Origin: an uncultured bacterium
GTDB taxonomy: Bacteria > Verrucomicrobiota > Lentisphaeria > Victivallales > UBA1829
Reading direction: 5' to 3'
NCBI GenBank assembly: GCA_949290385.1
Contig: CASERY010000030.1
Span: forward strand, 4,300 to 68,299
DNA length: 64,000 nucleotides
A program made the translations under genes and the position numbers. The notes below the pieces were generated by a model, which worked only from the letters and a program-made list of their open reading frames with translations, ran no database searches and was not told the origin of the DNA. Each line of letters begins with the position of its first letter. Position 1 is the first letter of the stretch. This document shows, piece after piece, positions 9,649-20,223 of the stretch.

Positions 9649-11862
9649 TTAGGATAGCATGAAGTCAAAGTTAAAAGAGGACACCTTTTTTTCATTGACT
9701 TCCGCATGGCGCAGATCATAAAAAGACGCATCGGCTTCCGGAATGGCTGGAATGGACATGACCTTGTCCGACAGAACCTGAGTAAGAATTCCGTTTCGCC
9801 GGATCAGGAATTCGTTTCCACGGGCATCTGACATGCTGTCCCGGACAGAGAGTTTTGCTCTGGTGGACAGCAGAGCCGGTCGTCCATACCGGTAGATTTC
9901 GACAGGAAGGGGTGATTTTTCTGCCAGAAGCTGCAGCTCCTTCTTTTCCAGTTCCAGCCATGCCTGAACGAGTTCGGCATGATGTGCTTTTAATTCGGCA
10001 GCAGCCATGGAATTGCATACAGGAAGCGGCATGCAGGTTTTGATTCGGATGTCTTTCAGTCCTTTCAGGAGTGCAAGATGATGCAGTGAGGTTATCCGGA
10101 ATGTGCGGCCTCCCTTTTCATAAAAAGCACGGATGCTGTTCTTTACTCGGGAGAGCATGGTTTCCGGAACAAAGAACGGCAGCACGAGTTCCTCTCCGGC
10201 AGCGGGCTTATACTCTGCTTCCCGTGCAATGACAAAAGATCCATGAACTCTTCCTGCAGGAGCTTTTCCATCTGTGAGGAGCAGCGTATCCGGAAAAGCA
10301 TGGGGCGTATGATGCAGGTCTTTATAGTCCCGGAGAAAACGCTTCATACATTCCCCGGACTTTCCGCGAAGTGATTCCGGATCCACGTGATCCGACAGCC
10401 ACTGGCGGAATTCTTTTCGGATTCCTTTGAGAACACTGGCGGGAAGAAAGGGATTGTCTTTTATATGGACGGCAATATTTCCTGCTGTGTAGACGTCATT
10501 CGAAGGAAATTGAAATTCCTGACGGATTCTTTCCGGATCCAGAGGATGACTGGCGGCTTCCGCAAGGTCCAGATCTTTGTTCCACATACAGCCGCAGGCG
10601 TTCACGGTTATCCGGGTGCGGCTGACGGTTATTTCCAAGTCAAGGACAGGGTTCTGCAGGGGAAGGGATTCTATACGTCTGGAATAGTCATCTGTGCTTT
10701 CACCGGTTTTATAGACAAAAGCGTTCCTGGGAACTTGCTTGTCTGAATGAATGAAACAAGTCTCGCCTTTCAGCACCCGGCGGATATTCTGCCCGTCACG
10801 ACTCATTCGGGTAATGCAGATTGCCGGTCCTTCATCGCCGCTGGGCGGCTGAATGCGGATGGTATCGCCGAGATGAATCCGGCGGGAAGCCGAAATGGTA
10901 AATCCGTTGTCTGCATGACCAATGACTTTTCCACATAACTGACCGGAAACCCCCATGGCGTCATATTTTACAAGGTTTTCCCGGGATTCAGGTGTATAGT
11001 AGCCAAGAGACCATTTACGTCCGCAGGTCCTGGCCAGATGTTCTTTTGCCTGCGGAAGAACGGCTTTGAATTCTTCCGGATCACGGACTGCATCAAGAGC
11101 CATGCGGTAGGCTGCCACTGCATTGGAGACATAATCCGCTCTCCGGAGACGGCCTTCAATTTTGAAAGAGGCGACCCCGCAGCGGACCAGATCCGGAAGC
11201 AGGTCGATTGCGCAGAGATCCTGGGCGGAGAGGAAAAAACCGTTTCCTTCACGGCTGTGATGGCGTCTGCGGCATGGCTGCTTGCATTTTCCGCGGTTCC
11301 CGCTCCATCCGCCAAGCCAGCTGGACAGCAGACAGGTTCCTGAAATGCAGCAGCATAATGCACCATGGATGAAGACTTCCAGTTCCACTGGTGGCCTGGA
11401 GGCAGTCATCTGTCTGATTTCATCCAGTGTTGTCTGGCGTTCAAGAATGACCCTTTTGGCTCCCAGTTCTCCTGCAAGAACAAGCCCGGCGGAGTTATGG
11501 AGGCCCATCTGGGTGGATGCGTGGATCGTCAAATGGGGAAAATATTCCCGGATCATGCGCAGAACGCCCAGATCCTGAACAATGACTGCATCCGGACGCA
11601 GTTCATTGAGTTCCGCGAGAGCCTCAGCTGCACTGCGACATTCGGATTCCTTGACCAGAGTATTGAATGTAACATATACTTTTCGGCTGTTCCTGTGTGC
11701 ATAGGCAATGAGCTTGCTCATTTCTTCCGCGGTAAAATTTTCTGTGCGTTCGCGGGCGTTGAAGTTTTTCAGCCCTGCGTATACCGCATCTGCACCGGCA
11801 TCATAGGCGGCCAGCGCGCAGGACAGATTTCCGGCAGGAGCCAGCAGTTCAGGAAGATTCAT
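9649..11862 (-). CDS. Peptidase U32 family protein (long form with C-terminal extension)
   Basis: 737-aa ORF. The N-terminus PELLAPAGNLSCALAAYDAGADAVYAG...KVYVTFN and the internal collagenase/U32 core are typical of YhbU/YegQ-like proteins. Stop TAA. Confidence 0.8.
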   Translation of the reverse strand: MNLPELLAPAGNLSCALAAYDAGADAVYAGLKNFNARERTENFTAEEMSKLIAYAHRNSRKVYVTFNTLVKESECRSAAEALAELNELRPDAVIVQDLGVLRMIREYFPHLTIHASTQMGLHNSAGLVLAGELGAKRVILERQTTLDEIRQMTASRPPVELEVFIHGALCCCISGTCLLSSWLGGWSGNRGKCKQPCRRRHHSREGNGFFLSAQDLCAIDLLPDLVRCGVASFKIEGRLRRADYVSNAVAAYRMALDAVRDPEEFKAVLPQAKEHLARTCGRKWSLGYYTPESRENLVKYDAMGVSGQLCGKVIGHADNGFTISASRRIHLGDTIRIQPPSGDEGPAICITRMSRDGQNIRRVLKGETCFIHSDKQVPRNAFVYKTGESTDDYSRRIESLPLQNPVLDLEITVSRTRITVNACGCMWNKDLDLAEAASHPLDPERIRQEFQFPSNDVYTAGNIAVHIKDNPFLPASVLKGIRKEFRQWLSDHVDPESLRGKSGECMKRFLRDYKDLHHTPHAFPDTLLLTDGKAPAGRVHGSFVIAREAEYKPAAGEELVLPFFVPETMLSRVKNSIRAFYEKGGRTFRITSLHHLALLKGLKDIRIKTCMPLPVCNSMAAAELKAHHAELVQAWLELEKKELQLLAEKSPLPVEIYRYGRPALLSTRAKLSVRDSMSDARGNEFLIRRNGILTQVLSDKVMSIPAIPEADASFYDLRHAEVNEKKVSSFNFDFMLS

Positions 11863-11997
11863 AGATATCTCTGCATCCGGGAGTGAATTTTCAATTCAGG
11901 ATTTTTCGATTTTATTTTTCTGGATAATATATCTTAACTTTTCAAAAGGTAAAGGTGAAAAAAAGATCGATCGTGTTATATTACTTTCATTTACAGA

Positions 11998-13341
11998 ATG
12001 CAAAGGGATTTTTTTATGCATATTTCGACAGAACTCTTCCTTGCGTGGAAGTATTTCAAACCAAAGCGCAGTGCCGTTTCCATTATTACGCTGATTTCTG
12101 TGGTCGGGGTGGGGCTGGGTGTTGCTGTGCTGATTGTTGTGCTGGCGGTGATGACAGGTTTTACCGATGAATTGAAGGAGAAACTTCTGGAAACAGGAGC
12201 CCATGCTCAGGTTCAGAAAAATATCGTTTATTCTGTGGACAACCGCAGGGGGCAGGCGGGGACATATACGGAAGATGAAATGCAAGTCCTAGCCGATGAA
12301 GCTTCATCCTTGGGGGCAGATCCCATTCCGGTTCTGACATCTCCGGTTCTTCTGCAGGTGGGGGACAATTTCAACCCAAAGGCTCTGATTGCCTTTGATC
12401 CGCGCTATGCAGAGGCTGCAGACAAGCGCTTCAAGTTCAAGGATGTCATCCTGGCCGGGAGCTACCCACTGAAACGCAATGAAGTTGCAGTAAGCTCCGT
12501 GATTGCAGATGAATTCAAACTGGCTCTGGGGGATAAGATTCTTCTTCATTCCCCCTCTAAACTGGCTCATCTGATCCGCAAGGATGAGAACGGTCGCTAC
12601 ATGGCGGCGGATGATGCCCAGTATTATCTGCCGGGCGAGTATGTGGTGAGTGCTGTTTATAAATTCGGGAAATATGACTTTGACAAGAACATGCTTTTCA
12701 TGAATCTCGATGATGCCGATGAATTGTTCGGTCTTGACTGGGGCACATCCACCCAGCTCTACATCTGGGTGGATGATCCGTTCCATATGGATGACTTTCT
12801 GACTCGCTTCCATGCAAAGCTTCAAAGTATATCCCCTGATTCGAATGTCTATTCGTGGCGCCAGATTCATTCCCAGATCCTGGGGGTACTGAGCATGGAA
12901 AAGAATATGATGTTTTTTCTCCTTATCTTCATTGTTCTGGTGGCGGCCTTCAGCATTACCAATACCCTGATTACCACTGTGATTCAGAAGACACGTGAAA
13001 TCGGTCTTTTAAAGAGCATGGGAGCCACATCCGGGGTGATCTTGAGAATTTTCCTGATGCAGGGTCTGTTCGTAGGCTTGATTGGTACCGCTTTTGGTGT
13101 GATTACCGGGTTCCTGGTGATTCAGTTCCGCATGAATATTCTGGACAGCATGAGAAAAATTTCAGGGCAGAACGTTTTTCCCGCTGAAGTTTATTTCTTT
13201 GACAAGCTGCCAGCGCATATTGTATGGAGTGATGTAGGGTTGATCTGCATTATTTCAATTCTCCTGTGTACTGCCGGCGCACTGGTTCCTGCTTTCCGCG
13301 CCGCAAAACTGGATCCTGCGAGGGCTTTGCGCTATGAGTGA
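11998..13341 (+). CDS. lolE: Lipoprotein-releasing system / MacB-FtsX type ABC permease (LolC/E family)
   Basis: FLAWKYFKPKRSAVSIITLISVVGVGLGVAVL, a large periplasmic domain and a C-terminal FtsX-type 3-TM bundle ending ...[13 protein letters not shown]. The TGA overlaps the start of the downstream ATPase gene. Confidence 0.8.
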   Translation: MQRDFFMHISTELFLAWKYFKPKRSAVSIITLISVVGVGLGVAVLIVVLAVMTGFTDELKEKLLETGAHAQVQKNIVYSVDNRRGQAGTYTEDEMQVLADEASSLGADPIPVLTSPVLLQVGDNFNPKALIAFDPRYAEAADKRFKFKDVILAGSYPLKRNEVAVSSVIADEFKLALGDKILLHSPSKLAHLIRKDENGRYMAADDAQYYLPGEYVVSAVYKFGKYDFDKNMLFMNLDDADELFGLDWGTSTQLYIWVDDPFHMDDFLTRFHAKLQSISPDSNVYSWRQIHSQILGVLSMEKNMMFFLLIFIVLVAAFSITNTLITTVIQKTREIGLLKSMGATSGVILRIFLMQGLFVGLIGTAFGVITGFLVIQFRMNILDSMRKISGQNVFPAEVYFFDKLPAHIVWSDVGLICIISILLCTAGALVPAFRAAKLDPARALRYE

Positions 13342-14104
13342 GAAACAGACTGATTTTTTTGAGAATCCTGACTTGGAAAAGGCTTCTTCCTCTGCTGGAA
13401 AAGAAGTGCCATTTTTTCTTTCTGCGGAAAATATTTATAAGAAATTCAGAATTGGGAAAACATCCATTGAAGTTTTGAAAGGGGTTTCCCTCCAGATTCG
13501 TGAAGGGGTCTGGACTGCTCTTTATGGTGCCTCGGGAAGTGGAAAGACAACTCTTTTGGATATCTTGGGGACTATTTCAAAACCTGACTCCGGCAGTGTT
13601 ACCATTGCAGGTGTTCCAGTGGAAAGTCTGTCCGGAAATGATCTGGTGCATTTCCGTAGAAAAAATATTGGATTTATATTTCAGTCCTATCATATCCTGC
13701 CGGAACTGAATCTGCTGGAGAATGTGATGCTCCCATCCCTGCTGGAGGGCGAAAAGTCGTCAGGTGCCCGTGCGCGGGCAATGGAGCTTCTGGAAATGGT
13801 GGGGCTTAAAGACCGCATCCGGCATCGTTCCAATGAGCTTTCCGGCGGGGAACAGCAGCGGGCCGCTATTGCCCGGTCCCTGATGAACCGTCCGAAACTG
13901 CTTCTGGCCGATGAGCCTACTGGAAATCTGGATCACGAGACAGGAACAGGAATTCTGGAACTGTTTCAGTCCATTCGGCAGCATTCCGAAGCTACCATTC
14001 TGATGGTGACCCATGACCAGTCCATTGCAGGGCTTGCAGACTATACGGTGAAACTTTCCGGGGGACGTCTGGCAGAGGAAAACATTGCATCTAATCCGTT
14101 GTAA
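13334..14104 (+). CDS. lolD: ABC transporter ATP-binding protein, LolD-like
   Basis: Walker [12 protein letters not shown], signature LSGGEQQR and Walker [13 protein letters not shown]. Its start overlaps the end of the permease gene. Stop TAA. Confidence 0.88.
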   Translation: MSEKQTDFFENPDLEKASSSAGKEVPFFLSAENIYKKFRIGKTSIEVLKGVSLQIREGVWTALYGASGSGKTTLLDILGTISKPDSGSVTIAGVPVESLSGNDLVHFRRKNIGFIFQSYHILPELNLLENVMLPSLLEGEKSSGARARAMELLEMVGLKDRIRHRSNELSGGEQQRAAIARSLMNRPKLLLADEPTGNLDHETGTGILELFQSIRQHSEATILMVTHDQSIAGLADYTVKLSGGRLAEENIASNPL

Positions 14105-14226
14105 ATCAAAATCCGCAGCTTCTTGACCACAGCAGTAGCCATGTAATGTATCATACCTTCAAGGTGATATTGCCGAGTGGCCCCGGGGGAAAGAGGCATT
14201 GAAAAAACTTGTCAGTTGAAATAACT

Positions 14227-14331
14227 GTTCTTCCGATACGCAGGCAGGTGTTTTTATGCCGCAGTTGCTCTGCAATTTTCATATATTTTCAGACGTAGTT
14301 CTTCCGATACACAGGCGGGAGTTTTATTCCG
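14227..14331. repeat. Two copies of a roughly 34-bp imperfect direct repeat, 71 bp apart
   Basis: gttcttccgatacgcaggcaggtgtttttatgccg (14227-14261) versus gttcttccgatacacaggcgggagttttattccg (14298-14331). It lies in the convergent spacer between lolD and the ceramidase-like gene. Confidence 0.85.
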
Positions 14332-14556
14332 TAATAAATGGTTAAATTTCTGTCTGGAGTCTGTTTTTTTTAAATTGAAGCAACTTTGTCCAATGAAAGA
14401 TGGCGCTGTTTCAGGGATATACCGGCATAGCCGATAGTTTCTCATTGAAGCAATATATAAGAAAAGGACTGACAGTTTTTACTTGTCAGTCCTTTTGCAT
14501 ATGCTGTTGATTTTGATCCTGATTCTGTATCCGCACCGTTTTCAGCTTGTGAACTT

Positions 14557-15885
14557 TCACTTGTTGAGAAGTGCAATACCCTCTTTGCGAAGCTGAATGG
14601 CGGTGTTGTGATCCGGACCTCCGCCTTCCACCGGGAGAATTTCATAGCCTCCGCGGCTGAAACATTCCGGAAGCGGTACATAGCCACAGTCACCCATGGC
14701 CAGTTCAACAACCATGTTCTGGGGAAATCTGGAGGCCTTTTTAATATCCATGCCGATTTCCGTGAAAACTTCACCAGGCAGAGAAACGAGAGCAAACTCG
14801 TTCCCGAATTTCATGGAGAGCATCCGGAAGACTCTGGATTTTCCGGAATGATTTTTTGCATAGGCAAGAAGCTGCTGCGCAAAGAAACGTGCTACAGGGC
14901 CGTCTCCGGAAGCCAGTCCTTCACTGGTCATATTTCCATTGCTTTCACTGTGGCTGGTTCGTTCGAGAAGTTCCTGGGCTTCCTTGCACTGCTCATCGGT
15001 AATGACGCAGAAAGGAATGCGGACACTGGAAGAATCTAACCGGAATTCAGAGATATTCACCTGTTGGAGAGAAGGCAATGCTTTGACCAGGACCTCCGCA
15101 TATCCTTTTCCAATGCGTTTGGCTTCTTCATAGGAGGTCTGAGGATCTGCCCAGTTGATATCAAAATGATTGATGTTGCCGGAACAGCCCAGAAGGGTCA
15201 TGACAGGAACATCATAGCCCAGGGCATTCTGAATCTCACGTTCCATTCTGCCTGGCCAGTCGGCAGAAACGGTTTCTCCGCCGATGGTGTCGGAATGATT
15301 TACAATATTGGCCAGAATTGCCGTAATGACTCCATTCTGCTTCAGTACAGCCATGGGAATGTCATAGTCTACAGGTCCCTCCGGTTTGACAATATCAGCA
15401 TTGAGCTTGCCCGGGTTTGTAACAACTTTTCCATTCTTCATCCAGTAACGGCGATTGAATGCCAAGGTGTCGCAAAATGCTTTGCCGGTAAACATTTCTG
15501 TTTCAGCAAGACTTTTTTCTGCGCGCAGAATGGCATCGACTGTTTTTTCTGCGGTATTTTCCAGATAGTCCTTATCCGGGGGATCTCCGAAAAACGATGA
15601 TGGATAGGGTGCCGTATGGGTGTGTGTCGCACAGAAAATAATATTGTCAAGATAGTCAATGGAGGCCTTCTGGGCAGCTTTGAAAACAGCCTCCAGAAGA
15701 TCTTCACCTGGAAAGCACAGGTCAAAGGACACAATTCCGGCTTTCAGTCCGTCCTTTTCCATGAGCAGTGCTTTGACACACAAGTCGTCATAGACGCCAA
15801 TGTTCGGTCTCGGATTGAAATAGCCGCAGAGAGGAACTCCCCGTGCCGGAGTAATAATATTTTTTGCAAAACCGCTTTTAAACAT
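14557..15885 (-). CDS. Neutral/alkaline ceramidase N-terminal-domain-like hydrolase
   Basis: 442-aa ORF. FAKNIITPARGVPLCGY...DDLCVKALL...FCATHTHTAPY resembles the neutral ceramidase-like bacterial family (recollection). Stop TGA. Confidence 0.6.
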   Translation of the reverse strand: MFKSGFAKNIITPARGVPLCGYFNPRPNIGVYDDLCVKALLMEKDGLKAGIVSFDLCFPGEDLLEAVFKAAQKASIDYLDNIIFCATHTHTAPYPSSFFGDPPDKDYLENTAEKTVDAILRAEKSLAETEMFTGKAFCDTLAFNRRYWMKNGKVVTNPGKLNADIVKPEGPVDYDIPMAVLKQNGVITAILANIVNHSDTIGGETVSADWPGRMEREIQNALGYDVPVMTLLGCSGNINHFDINWADPQTSYEEAKRIGKGYAEVLVKALPSLQQVNISEFRLDSSSVRIPFCVITDEQCKEAQELLERTSHSESNGNMTSEGLASGDGPVARFFAQQLLAYAKNHSGKSRVFRMLSMKFGNEFALVSLPGEVFTEIGMDIKKASRFPQNMVVELAMGDCGYVPLPECFSRGGYEILPVEGGGPDHNTAIQLRKEGIALLNK

Positions 15886-15887
15886 GG

Positions 15888-16955
15888 TTATCTGATTTCC
15901 ACAATTTTGCCGCCGTTCAGAGCTGATTCATGAGAGGCTGCACAGAGTTTCAGGTTATGAAGAGCATCTTCAGCATTAATGAATTTTCCCTGGAGGATGG
16001 AATCCGCATGATGTTCAATCAGGGTTTGGTAGATGTTCTGGATTTTTCCAGGAGCAATTTCAGTAACGTTGCCGCAACGGTCGAGTTCCAGACGGATTTT
16101 CACCGGTTCTCCAGGATGGCCGGACAACTGGAACATGGAGCCGTAACTGCGGAGTGCAGCCTGATCTCCGTAAATTTCAAATCCCAAATTGGTAAGAGTT
16201 CCGCTGAGTCCTCCGCGCAGTTCGCTGAATGCGGCCTTGACGCTTCCCTGGGTGCCGTCTTCCAGGAAGAACTTGATGTAAGCTCCGTCTTCCGCCTTGA
16301 TCGTCATGACTTTGGGCAGATAAACTGCTGCAAGCTTCGTAATTTTCTTTCCAAAAATATATTCTGCCACATAGAAGCAGTGGCTTGCCACATCGCCAAT
16401 AGGACCGCCCATCTCTGCAATATTTGAACAGCGCCAGGTGGCTGCTTCAGCAGGATCGTATCCATAGGCAAATTCCATGTGGAAACAGCTGTCGTTTACT
16501 TTGCCGAGAGCTCCGGCTTCAACTTCCTCTTTTGCCTTGATGTTCCAGGCATTGTAAACCATCATATGGTCGACGGAGAGCGAGAGATGTTTTTCTGCTG
16601 CAGTATCGATCATTTTCTGAGCATCGCTGATGGTGGTGGCAATGGGTTTTTCCACGATTACATGTTTTCCTGCCTGAAGCGCTGCCAGCGCAACAGGTGC
16701 GTGGGAACGGTTGTTCGTGGCTACATAGACCGCCTGAATGGTAGGATCTGCAAAGATTTCTTCCATGTTTTCATACCATTTCAGACCCAGTGCTTCCGCG
16801 GCTGCACGGCGGGCCGGGTTCATGTCAGTGGCTCCTGTGAGTTCTGCCTTTTCCAGTGGCGCGAAACGGGATTTGTCACAGGCAAAACCTTCTTTTGCTA
16901 CACGATTTTCGGCGATGCCGCCGAAGCCGATAACTGCGTATTTTACTTTGCTCAT
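15888..16955 (-). CDS. Gfo/Idh/MocA family oxidoreductase
   Basis: N-terminal Rossmann motif KYAVIGFGGIA and an EKP motif (HVIVEKPIA). It lies 2 nt upstream of the ceramidase-like gene. Stop TAA. Confidence 0.85.
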   Translation of the reverse strand: MSKVKYAVIGFGGIAENRVAKEGFACDKSRFAPLEKAELTGATDMNPARRAAAEALGLKWYENMEEIFADPTIQAVYVATNNRSHAPVALAALQAGKHVIVEKPIATTISDAQKMIDTAAEKHLSLSVDHMMVYNAWNIKAKEEVEAGALGKVNDSCFHMEFAYGYDPAEAATWRCSNIAEMGGPIGDVASHCFYVAEYIFGKKITKLAAVYLPKVMTIKAEDGAYIKFFLEDGTQGSVKAAFSELRGGLSGTLTNLGFEIYGDQAALRSYGSMFQLSGHPGEPVKIRLELDRCGNVTEIAPGKIQNIYQTLIEHHADSILQGKFINAEDALHNLKLCAASHESALNGGKIVEIR

Positions 16956-17342
16956 AACAGTTCACCCTATTGTTGAATGATGATTTTATGATGGAAATAT
17001 TTCCTATACTTCTCGGTTTGTTTTCCGGTTCGGTCTTGCCGGACTTTTTCAGAATGGCGGGTTCCAGAAATCCCTGTATCAACACATGGGCTGCAGGGGG
17101 GTATAGAGGATTCCGATATGGATTTAAATTCCTGCCGGGAACTTTGTACAGACTCCAGATGGAAGAGAATACTTGGATTAAACAGGAATGAAGTACTGCA
17201 CTGGTCCTGTTCAGCTCCAGAAAATTCCTGAGAATATACTGTCCGTCATAGATCCCGTAATCAAAACCGCATTTCTGAAAAAGTGCCGAATCCTTCTGCT
17301 TTCTGTTTTGTCGGTTGATCCGGTTTATTCAAGATGTGCAGA

Positions 17343-17383
17343 CTGGAATGCGGAATACCCGGATTAAAAAATCCGCATTCCAG
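17343..17383. repeat. Perfect 12-bp inverted repeat (ctggaatgcgga ... tccgcattccag) with a 17-nt spacer
   Basis: Arms at 17343-17354 and 17372-17383, read directly. It lies in the 520-bp spacer between the DegT and Gfo genes (both minus strand). The loop contains a nested cggatt/aatccg palindrome. Confidence 0.9.
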
Positions 17384-17476
17384 CCATCTTCAGACCCGTG
17401 CCTGTACCTCCTTTTTCAGAGGCGGACAGTCACGGACAGGCTTTTTCCTGATATAAGCCTGTCTTCAGAGAAAATC

Positions 17477-18760
17477 TTACTTCATATAGGCATTGGCAAC
17501 TTTATTGAAAGCGTCAATATAGGCCTGTATGTGTTCTTCGGTGTAAACCGGATGCGTAAAGAAACTGATGGTTCTGTCTGTCATCCAGTTGGCCTTCTTG
17601 CAATTGAACTTGGAATAGTCAATATCGCGAGCCTTGGGATCCTTGAACGGATAACGGGCTGTACCGAATCCGCGTTTTTCTGTGTAGGCGGCTTCCTTGT
17701 ACATTTCCGGCCAGAGTACAGAATAAACGGGGACTCCTTCAGCAGCCATGGCTGCAATGAACTGTTTGGTATCGATGCCGTCTTTGAGTTTGTCGGTATC
17801 GAGTACAAACGGAGCCCACCAGAAAGCATCCTGACGTTCCTCTGTATCCAGAGGAGCGATTTTGACCAGCGGATGATCTTTCAGAGCCTTGATGAGCATT
17901 TTGCCGTTGCGTTTACGGTTTGCCAGATTCCAGCTGTCGAAGCGTTTGAGTTCGCTCAGTCCAATGGCGGACTGCATTTCGGTCATACGGAAATTGAAAC
18001 CAACGCGTTTGTGAATGTAAAGCTGTTTGCCTTCCATTTCCAGAAGGTTGAGTTTTGCCTGGACATCATAACCGTGGTCACGGAAAGAACGGCATTCCCA
18101 TGCCAGATTATCGTCGTTGGTGACAACCATACCGCCTTCACCGCCGGTGGTGAAGTGCTTGCTCTGGCAGAAGCTGAAGCAGCCGACATCGCCGATGGTT
18201 CCGGCTTTTTTGCCTTTGTAGACACCGCCGAAGCACTGTGCACAGTCTTCAATGACTTTCAGATTGTGCTTGCGGGCAATTTCCATAATGGGATCCATAT
18301 CGGCAACAATACCGTACAGATGGACAACCACAATTGCTTTGGTGCGCTCATTGATCAGCGCTTCAATTTTGGTGGGATCCATGGTGTGGGAGTCGTCCAC
18401 ATCGCAGAACACGGGCAGTGCGCCTGCCTGCAGTGCGCAGAAGGAGGATGCAATGAAACTGTAAGATGTACAGATTACTTCATCACCCGGTCCAATATCC
18501 AGAGCTCCGAGAGCCACGTGCAGAGCTGCGGTTCCGTTTGTTACGCTGATGGCATTCTTGATGCCGAGCCATTTGGCCCATGCATCTTCAAATTCCATAC
18601 CGATTTTGCCGGTCCAGTAATTGACTTTGCCGGACTGGAGGACCCGCACAACGGACATGATGTCTTCATCAGAGAAGACGGGCCAGGAGGGGAAGGATCC
18701 TTCAAAGACTTTTTTGCCGCCATCGATGGCGAGCTTTTCACTGGTAACTGCCATTTTCAA
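17477..18760 (-). CDS. DegT/DnrJ/EryC1/StrS family PLP-dependent sugar aminotransferase
   Basis: 427-aa ORF. LAIDGGKKVF..., NGTAALHVAL and the FSFCQSKHFTTGEGGMV lysine block are typical of the family. Stop TAA. Confidence 0.88.
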   Translation of the reverse strand: MKMAVTSEKLAIDGGKKVFEGSFPSWPVFSDEDIMSVVRVLQSGKVNYWTGKIGMEFEDAWAKWLGIKNAISVTNGTAALHVALGALDIGPGDEVICTSYSFIASSFCALQAGALPVFCDVDDSHTMDPTKIEALINERTKAIVVVHLYGIVADMDPIMEIARKHNLKVIEDCAQCFGGVYKGKKAGTIGDVGCFSFCQSKHFTTGGEGGMVVTNDDNLAWECRSFRDHGYDVQAKLNLLEMEGKQLYIHKRVGFNFRMTEMQSAIGLSELKRFDSWNLANRKRNGKMLIKALKDHPLVKIAPLDTEERQDAFWWAPFVLDTDKLKDGIDTKQFIAAMAAEGVPVYSVLWPEMYKEAAYTEKRGFGTARYPFKDPKARDIDYSKFNCKKANWMTDRTISFFTHPVYTEEHIQAYIDAFNKVANAYMK

Positions 18761-19431
18761 AACTCCTTTTCAAAAGTTGGATGATTTTGCAGGTACATGT
18801 TAATTGCTGCATAGATTTTTCTTTTCATAATAAAGTTACCAGAATCTGAAGGAAACGCAAAAGAGATGGATTGTTTAAACGAACGGATTGATTGTAAAAT
18901 CTTACGATTTTTTAGATTCATATCTGATTTTTGAAGTTGTCTTTTCCCGGAGGAAAAATTTTTTATTGGTCCAGCTTCCTGCAGAGCCGCCGGGTTTTCA
19001 TTCCAGTTTCAGGCAGGAAAAGACATGATTCATAAATTGTAAAATTTTGATGAGTTTGAATTCAAATAAGAAAAGTTACAGTACGAAAAAATGGAAGGAA
19101 ATCGTTTTTCAGGATAATGTGGTCCAAAGAGGACGGAAGAGTGGGATGAAGCAGCAGAAGGCTGCTGAAACACATGACTGGAGGAAGACTCTCTGTTTTT
19201 GGGGCTGAACTGGACCGGAAACAGGAAGAAAGTTTTTCCTCAAGATTCAGATATTCGGTGTTTGTAACGGGAGGTATACCGTGGAGGGATAGGAAGGAGG
19301 AGGGCTTGTCGTATAAGAATAGCGGGATGTTTAAAAAAGAAGATCATGACTGCCGGCAGAGCCTGGCAGAAATGGAACAGACCGTGCAAGGACAGTCTGT
19401 TCCATTCTGAATTCAGACAGGAGTCTGTGTT

Positions 19432-20223
19432 TTATTCAAAAATGAGCTGTCCAAAGTTTTCCGGCAGATGAAAGTCTACAATCGGCAGATCCTGCCAGGA
19501 GAGCCAGTGTGGATTGGAGGTCTTGTCTGCACATTTTGTCACATTGGCGGTCCAGACCTGGCCTGAAAGATCTGCATGGACTTGATCTCCATAGCGAACA
19601 AAAAAGTCAATGGGAATGGCAAAGCCGAGCCGCCAGGTGACTGGTTCGGTGATTTCCGGATCCACCACAGAGGGCAGAGAATGGAAACGTTTGATCTGAA
19701 CGTATTCCGATGGATCGACCGGAGTATATTTTCCGCTGCGCAGTTCGGTAATGTTGTAGAGCAGCATATTTCCGTTTGCACTGAACTCAAAATTGTAGTA
19801 GCGCAGATTGTTCATAGGGCGAATGAAGATTTCCACACAGGAATCGGTGCAGACCTGCTGCGGATATCCGGTGCTGACCGCTTTGACATAACGGTCATTA
19901 ACTAGAAATAAGCCATAGATATACTGTTCATCATACAGGAGCTTCAAGTTGACATCCGAGGTGAATTCCTCTTTCGGAGCGTTTTCATTTTTTTTGCTGC
20001 TTCTGTAGCAATGATCCAGATGCATGAGATTGGCTTTTTCCCACTGGGGATCTGTGTAGAAATCTCCATCGAGGGCAACCGGGCCTGTGGCGTGTCGGAC
20101 AATGTAAGACATGTTTGGTGAATCCTTTGTCTGTTTTGGCGAGTTTAAAGTACATCCAATGAGGACAGTGATACACAGCCCCATGATCAAAAACAGGATT
20201 TTTTTCTTTTTTATAAACATCAT
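19432..20223 (-). CDS. Secreted carbohydrate-binding family 9 (CBM9/DOMON)-like protein
   Basis: Signal/lipoprotein-like N-terminus (KILFLIMGLCITVLIGC). W..A....L......LLYDEQYIYGLF and CVEIFI...YYNFEFSANG blocks resemble CBM9-like proteins (recollection). Stop TAA. Confidence 0.5.
   Translation of the reverse strand: MMFIKKKKILFLIMGLCITVLIGCTLNSPKQTKDSPNMSYIVRHATGPVALDGDFYTDPQWEKANLMHLDHCYRSSKKNENAPKEEFTSDVNLKLLYDEQYIYGLFLVNDRYVKAVSTGYPQQVCTDSCVEIFIRPMNNLRYYNFEFSANGNMLLYNITELRSGKYTPVDPSEYVQIKRFHSLPSVVDPEITEPVTWRLGFAIPIDFFVRYGDQVHADLSGQVWTANVTKCADKTSNPHWLSWQDLPIVDFHLPENFGQLIFE

Noticed and set aside
14150-14215. tRNA-like fragment (gccgagtggcc, reminiscent of a Ser/Leu tRNA D-arm)
   Set aside because: No acceptor stem, anticodon arm or T-loop (GTTCRANNC) could be assembled around it.
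17315-18784. 489-aa plus-strand ORF
   Set aside because: It is the antisense shadow of the well-supported DegT aminotransferase gene. It is low-complexity with no recognisable motifs.
19174-19410. 78-aa plus-strand ORF upstream of the DegT operon
   Set aside because: It has no SD, no recognisable motifs, and overlaps the terminator hairpin of the CBM9-like gene.
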